DNA from: Escherichia phage RudolfBernhard_Bas96
Length of the DNA stretch: 64,000 bases
Direction: 5' to 3' (one strand)
Sequence record: PQ850623.1
Notes under the pieces: generated by a model
Told to the model about the DNA's origin: nothing
Databases searched by the model: none
What the model saw: only the letters and a program-made list of their open reading frames with translations
Made by a program: the position numbers and the translations under genes
Part shown: positions 32,875 to 39,984 of the stretch, in pieces
How the letters are laid out: every line of letters starts with the position of its first letter
Position numbering within the stretch: the stretch's first letter is position 1

Positions 32875-33402
32875 CTATAGAATTATCCAGTCATCTGCTA
32901 ATACATCCGATTGGGATGGAACCCAAGGCATAAACTGGTCATCAGCAGTTTTGATGCCTAACCATGGGCGAGGCTTCAGTTCATCAGCAAATCTTGGACG
33001 TTCTAGACTACTGCTGTTCCATTCTTCAGCAGCAACGTACTCAATGTACATTCCCTTACCGTTCCAGCCTTTACGGGCTAGTTTGAAGCCTGCCTTAAGA
33101 ATCTCTATGGCATGACCAAACGTGCAGCCTTTGTCCACATCGTGGTATGCAGCTTCAAATGCAGCCCTCGGTGACCAGCTAATATAACCACGGAATTGCT
33201 CATGGTTAGGTTTAGAATCCGGGTATTCTACTAAGTAACCTACTTCTAATGGATCTTCATTAGCAGGCACATCCCATCCACGAAGTTTGCAATATGTTTC
33301 CTTGTTCATCCGGAATCCATTTACACACTTGGTTCCAATGTAGTTGGTGAAGTGAACTTTAATTTCTTCTGACGTAACTACCTCAAATGATAAAGCCCTC
33401 AC
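32875..33402 (-). CDS. DUF2829-like protein (Tad2-type candidate anti-Thoeris sponge) with N-terminal extension; start uncertain (track GTG 33402 or ATG 33308)
   Basis: C-terminal region FGHAIEILKAGFKLARKGWNGKGMYI...PWVPSQSDVLADDWII resembles the DUF2829 pattern as I remember it; family assignment is from memory only. Confidence 0.4.
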   Translation of the reverse strand: MRALSFEVVTSEEIKVHFTNYIGTKCVNGFRMNKETYCKLRGWDVPANEDPLEVGYLVEYPDSKPNHEQFRGYISWSPRAAFEAAYHDVDKGCTFGHAIEILKAGFKLARKGWNGKGMYIEYVAAEEWNSSSLERPRFADELKPRPWLGIKTADDQFMPWVPSQSDVLADDWIIL

Positions 33403-33416
33403 TAGGAGGGCTTATT
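33392..33416 (-). terminator. Hairpin (AGCCCTC / GAGGGCT) with flanking T-rich sequence, possible terminator after the upstream minus-strand gene
   Basis: 7-bp GC-rich stem at 33394-33412; overlaps the track start of the DUF2829-like ORF. Confidence 0.35.
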
Positions 33417-33493
33417 TTGTTTTGGCTTCGTGAGCCTTACCACATGTCGGGTAGTTCAGTACCTTTCGGTAAAAACTACCTTACACTTGTTTA

Positions 33494-33874
33494 TTAAATG
33501 GTGCAACCACCACCATCACAGGTATTGTTTTCTGCAAAGGAAGCCAGAGCCTTAGCAGTCTCCTCTTTCTCATGCAGTGCCTGACGTAGCAGGTAACCCT
33601 CTATTTCCCAAATCTTATCGAATGCATTTTCATATGCATACTGACGGCCTTTCTGCTCATCATAGATGGCCGGGTCAACACAGGCAGATTCGCCTGTAAC
33701 TTTGAAGCCGTTTTCCAGGATGATAACACAGTAGGTTGTCAGGCCCAGGTTAGCCAAATCGTCTGCCGGAAGTGCAGAAGGGTTAACGAAGGCAGACTTT
33801 ACTGCATCAGCACCGTTGAAATAGTAGACGCTCTTAATCTTAGCTTCGATTGATTCTTTACTTACTGTTGCCAT
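33494..33874 (-). CDS. Hypothetical protein with Cys/Gly-rich C-terminus
   Basis: 126-aa ORF; GAGG RBS 8 nt upstream of ATG; no confident family assignment. Confidence 0.4.
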   Translation of the reverse strand: MATVSKESIEAKIKSVYYFNGADAVKSAFVNPSALPADDLANLGLTTYCVIILENGFKVTGESACVDPAIYDEQKGRQYAYENAFDKIWEIEGYLLRQALHEKEETAKALASFAENNTCDGGGCTI

Positions 33875-34043
33875 TATTAGCCTCGTAGAGTGGTTTGAGT
33901 TTGTATTTAAACATGACTGCGTTGTTATAGGCTACGCTACCTGCAAACACCAAAGACTTACGTCCTCGGTTATCCGTTACCTCATAGGCATACGGGGTTA
34001 AAATTAGGTCAATCATATAAATCGTCCAATGAGTAGTTCTCAA

Positions 34044-34082
34044 ATAAAAAAGTCCCCCAGAGTGACGGCTCTGAGGGACTTA
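34044..34082 (-). terminator. Strong rho-independent terminator on the minus strand closing the tRNA-like island
   Basis: Minus-strand hairpin AGTCCCTCAGAG-CCGTCA-CTCTGGGGGACT followed by TTTTTTATTT. Confidence 0.6.
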
Positions 34083-34326
34083 GTACTATTTACCCATAGC
34101 TGGGAGGCTTGTATGAACTTTATGAGTACCAGGTTCAGGTACGCTTAACTGGTGTGCTACTTGGATTGATAGTCCACTCATATCGCTCAGGCTAGGATTT
34201 AAGGAGTTCCTATTCTCCAGCGAAATTCCCGTCGAGGGGAATAACAATACATTAGCAGCCACTGGACTGTCTTACCAGTGTTGTCTTTAGAGTGCTATGC
34301 AATCAGGACTATGTTACTGCTGAATG

Positions 34327-34413
34327 GGTGTCCACTACTGGATTTGAACCAGTGACCCCAGACACCTTGTTCTCTCGAAGCTTTCCTGTGCTCTACCACT
34401 GAGCTAAGTGGAC
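34327..34413 (-). tRNA. tRNA-like gene; canonical acceptor, D and T arms but non-canonical expanded anticodon region; anticodon not assigned
   Basis: Minus-strand read: acceptor GTCCACT / AGTGGAC (7 bp), D-arm GCTC-AGTGGTA-GAGC, T-arm ACTGG-TTCAAAT-CCAGT, discriminator A; the 36 nt between D and T arms contain no 5-7-5 anticodon hairpin. Confidence 0.45.
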
Positions 34414-34912
34414 ATAATAGAATGAGCTGGGGCAGGATACCTACCCCATCCAACCAAGTTACTCTGTATCTGAAGAACTATATTAAGTAGTTCATTTTAC
34501 AGCAATAAGTAATTAGCTACTGCTTAACCAGGATGATTAGACGTGCTCATATTGGGTGAGTCATGCCAGGCTCTAACTGGCTCCTTCTTCGCAATCCTTA
34601 CATACCCCTACATAATTATTGCGTTAAGCTTTTTTGTTTAAGTTTAAGTGAAGGCGTTCTTGCTGACTCATAATTGGGTGGGCGTTTGACGAATGACTAG
34701 TTCGTTACTACCCGTTTGCCATAAGTACCTGGCGACTATGGTTTGAGATGGGAGTCCGAGTCCTGTACAGCCTTACCGTCTCCACATTGGCAGCGTATCT
34801 AGAATAGCACTTCCGGGTACGGATTTAACTGTTACATCTCAAATATGGTAGGGGCGTCCAGAGGTTTCATCTGGTACTTACGCCGTCGTATTTACGACTT
34901 ACCCCCATTGTT

Positions 34913-34990
34913 TGGTTGCAGGTGGAGGAGTTGAACCTCACTTCACATACAGATTGGGAAACCTGTAGCATAACCGTATGCTCACCCACA
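34913..34990 (-). tRNA. tRNA-like gene with encoded CCA; anticodon loop appears to be 8 nt (TTTCCCAA); possibly Gly-type; needs software confirmation
   Basis: Acceptor TGTGGGT / ACCTGCA (two G-U pairs), D-arm GCAT-ACGGTT-ATGC, T-arm TGAGG-TTCAACT-CCTCC, discriminator A + CCA; anticodon stem ACAGG / TCTGT leaves an 8-nt loop. Confidence 0.45.
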
Positions 34991-35033
34991 ATAATTCTTC
35001 CAATTCAGAGTAGCACTGTTGCAGTCGTCACTG

Positions 35034-35108
35034 CCCATAGGTGAGGACTCGAACCTCACAATACCGTATGGCTAACGTCGCTGAACCTTTTCGCGTTCTA
35101 TGCAGTGC
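35034..35108 (-). tRNA. tRNA-like element (T-arm TGAGG-TTCGAGT-CCTCA); full cloverleaf not resolved by hand
   Basis: Canonical T-arm signature (plus-strand GGACTCGAACC); acceptor pairing only partial (CATAG / CTATG). Confidence 0.3.
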
Positions 35109-35118
35109 TACTTTGAAT

Positions 35119-35200
35119 TGGTTACCAGTGAAGGATTCGAACCTCCGGTTGGAGTCTATAGCTTACCGCAGCAGCCCTCCAATCTAGCGGTGTCACACTT
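35119..35200 (-). tRNA. tRNA-like element with T-arm GGAGG-TTCGAAT-CCTTC and encoded CCA; 5' half not resolved
   Basis: Plus-strand GGATTCGAACC at 35133-35143; minus-strand 3' tail ...ACTGGTA-A-CCA; no matching 5' acceptor strand found by hand. Confidence 0.3.
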
Positions 35201-35244
35201 AGTCCAAACTTGAACATGCCAAGCCATCTCGTGCAACTGGTAAT

Positions 35245-35320
35245 TGGTTCCGGCGTCTGGACTCGAACCAGAACACTCATGCCGGGCACGACACTAGTAC
35301 CTACACCGGAATAGTTGCCA
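35245..35320 (-). tRNA. tRNA-like element with T-arm TCTGG-TTCGAGT-CCAGA, acceptor TCCGGTG / CGCCGGA and encoded CCA; D/anticodon region unusually short
   Basis: 7-bp acceptor pairing (one G-U) plus discriminator A + CCA; only ~31 nt between acceptor and T-stem, too short for canonical D and anticodon arms. Confidence 0.3.
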
Positions 35321-35371
35321 GGGATTCCACCTGGCTCTATCTGTTTTTATAGTCACTCAGATATTGTCTGG

Positions 35372-35450
35372 ACTTTGACCATCTGGGGATTCGAACCCTC
35401 ATCTCGGTGGCCAACCGTGCATTTGCCTCATGCTACTCTGGTCATAGTTG
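35372..35450 (-). tRNA. tRNA-like element (T-arm GGG-TTCGAAT-CCC); D-arm-like GCAT-GAGGCAA-ATGC present; boundaries uncertain
   Basis: Plus-strand GGGGATTCGAACCC at 35385-35398; D-arm-like hairpin on the minus-strand read; acceptor pairing incomplete. Confidence 0.3.
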
Positions 35451-36128
35451 GCCCCCGTTTCTAATACATGGACGGGGGAACTCCACGGTCGTTTGATAAT
35501 CAGGACGACTCACTCCTGACTGAGGTTACGCTGTTAGGCGACCATCAGATACGCTTCTTCGTTTGCATTTATGTTATTGGTTCGTTTCTAAAAAACCGCA
35601 TAATCGCTACGAAAACTATCGGAGAGTGTACTAACTCTGGGCCACGCTTTTGTGGACATCGGCCTACCTTCCACAGCTAATCAGCTAATACACTCACCGA
35701 TAGCCCGTAATAGGGGGGAGGGGACGAATCCTCCCTTTATACCCTATATTGCATGTAAGACCTAACAATTCGATGTTGTAGACGGATAGGCTTATGCTTA
35801 CCGGCATTAAACTCCCGCCCCCTTAGTGGGCTGGGTTAATTAGTATACTCAACATTGAGCAGTTAGTTTGATAAGGGATCTGAAGCCTTATCCCAAAGAT
35901 ACCAACCTTTGGGATATAGCCTAAGATTCAGAAATGGCCCCTATAGGAGAGGCCATTGATTAACCCGAATGTTGCTTTACATTTTCTGTGATAACCGGTT
36001 CTTAAAATAGTCTGTCTGACGGATGGGGGGCCACCCCTAGCGTCAGTGCCATACGGCAAAGATTAAGTTAAGAAAGGTTATGATAGGAGTTCCTATCTCA
36101 AAGGATTCTGACAGAACCCTTCACGATA

Positions 36129-36395
36129 TTAACTACTCTTTTTCAATGCTTCAACTTCGCCATCTTTATACCAAGCATATGGTATTAAGATTTTGCAGCC
36201 TTCTGAATCAATGTGGAATGCTTTGTTTACTTCAGCAGGTTCTCCACCCATGAAAGAACTAACCTTTCCATTGAGCCAGTGAATAGTAAATTTGTTCATA
36301 TTAACCCCGGTTGAACCAATGGACTGGGGAGAGTATTCCAATCCACTGGTTCGGTTGTTGTTATTCTGGCGGCTTGTCACCACCGTGTTTACCAC
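36129..36395 (-). CDS. Hypothetical protein
   Basis: 88-aa ORF; first minus-strand gene downstream of the RNA island. Confidence 0.35.
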   Translation of the reverse strand: MVNTVVTSRQNNNNRTSGLEYSPQSIGSTGVNMNKFTIHWLNGKVSSFMGGEPAEVNKAFHIDSEGCKILIPYAWYKDGEVEALKKSS

Positions 36396-36530
36396 TGCAT
36401 TTCCACAGGATAATGACAGTGATGATAAAAGCTATGTATGGAGCCGACACGTCTATAATCCTGACCAGTAGTAGCATCAGGACTATAAACACTACCACAC
36501 CTAGCAGCAGCTTCTGAGCCACCTACCAGA

Positions 36531-36980
36531 TTAACTACGTTTTAGGCCAGCGAACAGTGAAGGCTTCGCAGCAGGTTTCTCTGCTGGTTCTTCAGCCTTA
36601 ACTTCTTCCTGCACAACTTCTTCTTGTGCTTCTGGTTCAGCTACTGCTTCTTCAGGTTCCGGCGTAGAACTCTCGTTCGGTCCACCAGTAGAGGTCTGGA
36701 TTTCTTCTTCCTTTGCCTCTTCTTCTGCTTCATCCTCAACAACCGGTTCTGGTTCTACCGGACGGTGTTTGGCTTCTTGTGGGTTCTTACGAGGACGGCG
36801 AGTCTTCTTCTCTACCACGGGGGGGGTGTCATCACTATGACCGACCTCTTCATTGATACCAATGGTGGCAGTACCGTCTGCATTCACCAGGATATTAATG
36901 TCCCCGGCAAGATTAACTTGTTCATTTACATAAGCTTCAATAGCAGCTTCTACTTCAGACTGGTTCAGAACGATTTGCAT
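36531..36980 (-). CDS. Acidic low-complexity protein (Glu/Pro/Ala-rich C-terminal two-thirds)
   Basis: 149 aa; ...PEPVVEDEAEEEAKEEEIQ...EPEEAVAEPEAQEEVVQEEVKAEEPAEKP...; strongly negative C-terminal region. Confidence 0.4.
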   Translation of the reverse strand: MQIVLNQSEVEAAIEAYVNEQVNLAGDINILVNADGTATIGINEEVGHSDDTPPVVEKKTRRPRKNPQEAKHRPVEPEPVVEDEAEEEAKEEEIQTSTGGPNESSTPEPEEAVAEPEAQEEVVQEEVKAEEPAEKPAAKPSLFAGLKRS

Positions 36981-36981
36981 A

Positions 36982-37536
36982 TTATGCCTTTATTAATTTA
37001 ATGAGATTCTGGAAAGCTGGTAGATTTACCCCAGCGTGGATTGCACCGATTGCATCAGCTAAGTGCTCATTCTTATTCAGAAGTTTACCTTTCTTATCCG
37101 TGAGCCAGTTGGCTTCAGGATAGATGGCATGAGCAGCACGAATCATCGTGTCTTTGGATGCTGTTTTATCACCGACCAGTGCAAGTTTGTTTTCAATTGG
37201 GGATACTTCAAAGATTGGACAATCCAATGCACGGAATGCACCGATTAGTCCTACGCATACACCATAGGACTTCATTCCGTTAGCAGACTGAGAGCCTACT
37301 GGTACTTCTACGAATACTGCTTTAGCAGACCGTAACCATTCCTCACAACCAAGAAACAAATCATGGGCAGCTTGTATATCTTTGGAGTTGGTTCGAACTT
37401 GTTTGTTATGGTCAACTTCAGTTTGAACCAGTTTAAGTTCGACCTGCTCGAAGACACCGGACTCAATGTCCAGCATCCCACGAGCTAATCCCCAATTGCG
37501 GAGGCTAATGTCTGCACCGACAATTGGGATTTTCAT
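36982..37536 (-). CDS. RuvC-like Holliday-junction resolvase (RNase H-fold endonuclease)
   Basis: N-terminal IVGADISLRNWGLA (catalytic Asp context) and C-terminal HLADAIGAIHAG resembling the RuvC C-terminal catalytic motif. Confidence 0.5.
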   Translation of the reverse strand: MKIPIVGADISLRNWGLARGMLDIESGVFEQVELKLVQTEVDHNKQVRTNSKDIQAAHDLFLGCEEWLRSAKAVFVEVPVGSQSANGMKSYGVCVGLIGAFRALDCPIFEVSPIENKLALVGDKTASKDTMIRAAHAIYPEANWLTDKKGKLLNKNEHLADAIGAIHAGVNLPAFQNLIKLIKA

Positions 37537-38339
37537 TAACGCTTACCGAACAGAGATTTACCACCAGCAGGAGTAGTACCTGTGCCAGCACCTGCACCAG
37601 GTTTAGGAGGCAAGCCACCTTTACCGTTACCACCAGTAGAACCCTTGGTCTTATCACGGGTTTTACCTTTGTTCTTTTCCAGCCATGCTGCATAGAATAC
37701 AGCCAGTTCTGGAGTCAGTTCTTTCTCAGCCTTCTCTGCTTCCTGAGCCTCGACGACTGTGACCAGCAGTTCCGGGTGAAACACTTTCTGAATCTCGTTT
37801 ACTTCTCGAGTTTCACCGGAGTCAACGTAACCGTTGTCACCTTTAACCTGCTTAGCTTCCAGAACCTTTTCCAGAGCGAAGGTAACAGTCTGACCAACCA
37901 GATCAACTGGAACCATGACAGACTTGTTGGTTTCTGCTTTCAGATCGAAGTCATAGACTTTAACAATCTTCTCTTCGAAGTCTGCATCTGGCAGTTCACA
38001 ACCAGTAGCCATAAGCATCATGTCATTAATGACAGTGTAACCAGGCAGGAAGTATTCTTTACCATTCTTCTCGTAAGTCGGCTTATTGCCTTTAGCATTA
38101 CCAGAAGTAAAGTACACCTGAGCACGGAACTCACCAGCATCATTGCCGTCAGAACCTTTCAGGTTTTCGATGATTAACTGCATCCAGTCTGCACCAGAGT
38201 CAGCTTTACCTACGTAAGCTACTTTTACAGTACCGGTGTAGATATCGGATTCTTTAGCACCGAAGCCACCCCCACCAAGAGTGTCTTTTGCAGCTTCAAC
38301 GTTTTTGGTCTTTTCTTTCAAGTTACCGAACAGTGACAT
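37536..38339 (-). CDS. Single-stranded DNA-binding protein, N4 gp45-like (by size and synteny)
   Basis: 267 aa (N4 SSB is ~265 aa as I recall), Gly/Lys-rich flexible C-terminus, located between resolvase and primase region. Confidence 0.45.
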   Translation of the reverse strand: MSLFGNLKEKTKNVEAAKDTLGGGGFGAKESDIYTGTVKVAYVGKADSGADWMQLIIENLKGSDGNDAGEFRAQVYFTSGNAKGNKPTYEKNGKEYFLPGYTVINDMMLMATGCELPDADFEEKIVKVYDFDLKAETNKSVMVPVDLVGQTVTFALEKVLEAKQVKGDNGYVDSGETREVNEIQKVFHPELLVTVVEAQEAEKAEKELTPELAVFYAAWLEKNKGKTRDKTKGSTGGNGKGGLPPKPGAGAGTGTTPAGGKSLFGKR

Positions 38340-38379
38340 AATATTTTTCCTAATAAGTGATTAACAACCAGGCAAACGC

Positions 38380-38823
38380 TTAAGCGTAGTATTCAGCCAG
38401 ATGGTCTAAGAGTTTTTGGGCATCATTGTCGATATAAGTCTGAGATTTATCGAACATACCCATCGGTGAACGAAGTCGTTTACCAACAGACTTCTTGGTT
38501 GGACGAGTCTGGAATACGTGCTTATAGCCTAAGTCACGTTCTTCTTCCGTAATATCAAGCATCTTGTTGCCATACTTTTCCAGTTCTTTGATGTCTACAC
38601 GTTCTGCGTAAACCACTGTAGAGAAGTAAGCCTCAAGGCCATTGTTCTTCAGTGAACCCTTAACTGGGATGAATGTTTTCATCACACCAGCAGCTTCGTC
38701 GAGTTCATCTTTGGCATGGGCAGTAATAATTACTGGCTTACCAAACTTAACGACTTTCTGTTGCAGCAGTATTTTAAAGAACTGCGCAAAGTCTCCCCAC
38801 GATACGTTCAAGAGTGTACGCAA
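38380..38823 (-). CDS. Hypothetical protein
   Basis: 147-aa ORF. Confidence 0.35.
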   Translation of the reverse strand: MRTLLNVSWGDFAQFFKILLQQKVVKFGKPVIITAHAKDELDEAAGVMKTFIPVKGSLKNNGLEAYFSTVVYAERVDIKELEKYGNKMLDITEEERDLGYKHVFQTRPTKKSVGKRLRSPMGMFDKSQTYIDNDAQKLLDHLAEYYA

Positions 38824-38968
38824 CTACACTCCCAGCAGCATTACCTGCATCTGCATGTTTCCATGCAGTCCAGACTATATCTTCATCCTCGTTAATTACG
38901 ATAGGATGCTGACCGCTTCGAGCAGCATTAGCTTCTGCCCTACTCCATTACTGGATAGTCGTTGCACC

Positions 38969-39460
38969 TTACTTAATCTTTTGTATAGCATGGGGTAAGC
39001 CATGCTCAATGATATAGGCATTTCTCGCTTCCAGAGCTTCAACCTCGGAATCAAAATTACCTACAAAGATTCTTTCATTACCATTGCAGATTCTTGCTGA
39101 CCATTTTTTCTTAGTGGTATTTAAACCTATTCCTAAGTAGGTAGCTTTACTGGTTATTCTTTTTCTGGAATTAATGGCCTGAGTTGTTCTAGTTGCCCAT
39201 CTCAGATTTCCTGGTACATACCCCAGTGAACCATCTATTCTGTCTAAAGTAAGACCCAGCCTTTCCCTGTCTGCATAACCATCTAATGACTCTAGATAGG
39301 CAGCAAACACTTTGAAGTCAGAGAACTCTTCTGCTCTAGTTATCCCCCTAGCCCCATAGTTTTTATAACTAGCGTGCTTAGGGTTGTCACATCTCTGTTT
39401 AATGGTTAACCATGTGTAATACAGAGGATGTAATTCATTACCGAATCTTTTCTTACTCAT
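38969..39460 (-). CDS. HNH-like endonuclease with AP2-like DNA-binding domain (possibly degenerate HNH: DRID in place of DHID)
   Basis: LTLDRIDGSLGYVPGNLRWATRTTQAINSR (HNH_3-like) followed by an AP2-like segment YLGIGLNTTKKKWSARI...FVGNFDSEVEA. Confidence 0.45.
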   Translation of the reverse strand: MSKKRFGNELHPLYYTWLTIKQRCDNPKHASYKNYGARGITRAEEFSDFKVFAAYLESLDGYADRERLGLTLDRIDGSLGYVPGNLRWATRTTQAINSRKRITSKATYLGIGLNTTKKKWSARICNGNERIFVGNFDSEVEALEARNAYIIEHGLPHAIQKIK

Positions 39461-39592
39461 GTTTGTAACTCCGTTAATAAAAACCGGAGAAAGATTAAGT
39501 CTTGGCTCAGGATTGCCCTCGTCTTTACGTTAGGGGTTTCCCTGAATTCAATCAGTTATCATTAATCATTACTGACTAACGGGCCTTAGTAG

Positions 39593-39928
39593 TTAAGCCT
39601 TTTGGGTATTAGCAGATGGCAATACATATTGGGATTCCAGCATGTCCATCATAAAGGTAGCAGAGTCGATAATGATACCATCAACATCATCTGCCATTTC
39701 ACCACCAGGTGATGCAACATCAAATGCTTCCCAAATCTGGTATGGGTCTTCAATGTTGTAAGTATTGAACTTGTTACGGAAAGGCAGACGTTTACCTGCT
39801 TCAGTATTCAGATAGAGCCAGCGTTCCTGGTTCCGGATATTACGCAGTGATGCTGATTTACCACTCGCTGAGAATCCTGCGATCAGGATTAGCTGAGTGT
39901 TCATATCATTGGAGATTTCTTCGGACAT
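39593..39928 (-). CDS. Small P-loop-containing protein
   Basis: Walker A-like AGFSASGKSAS in a 111-aa ORF. Confidence 0.3.
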   Translation of the reverse strand: MSEEISNDMNTQLILIAGFSASGKSASLRNIRNQERWLYLNTEAGKRLPFRNKFNTYNIEDPYQIWEAFDVASPGGEMADDVDGIIIDSATFMMDMLESQYVLPSANTQKA

Positions 39929-39984
39929 TATTTTTCCTCGTTTAGTTTAGGAGTCCTTCAAACCAAAGAAAGACTCCTGTTTAC

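Noticed and set aside
33858-34043. 61-aa minus-strand ORF overlapping the start of the 33494..33874 gene
   Set aside because: Its start codon sits 7 nt downstream of the strong terminator hairpin with no room for an RBS, and it overlaps the well-supported downstream gene; could be a real micro-gene but support is weak.
35468-35680. 70-aa plus-strand ORF inside the RNA island
   Set aside because: Isolated, no RBS context, wrong strand for the surrounding minus-strand unit, sequence looks like structured RNA; likely chance ORF.
34040-36130. Possible CRISPR array or direct-repeat structure in the non-coding island
   Set aside because: The recurring ~11-nt motif is the tRNA T-arm, spaced irregularly (86-590 nt) with unrelated intervening sequence; no repeat-spacer periodicity.
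37524-38177. 217-aa plus-strand ORF antisense to the SSB-like gene
   Set aside because: Ser/Thr/Phe/Leu-rich low-complexity translation on the wrong strand inside a minus-strand operon; shadow ORF.
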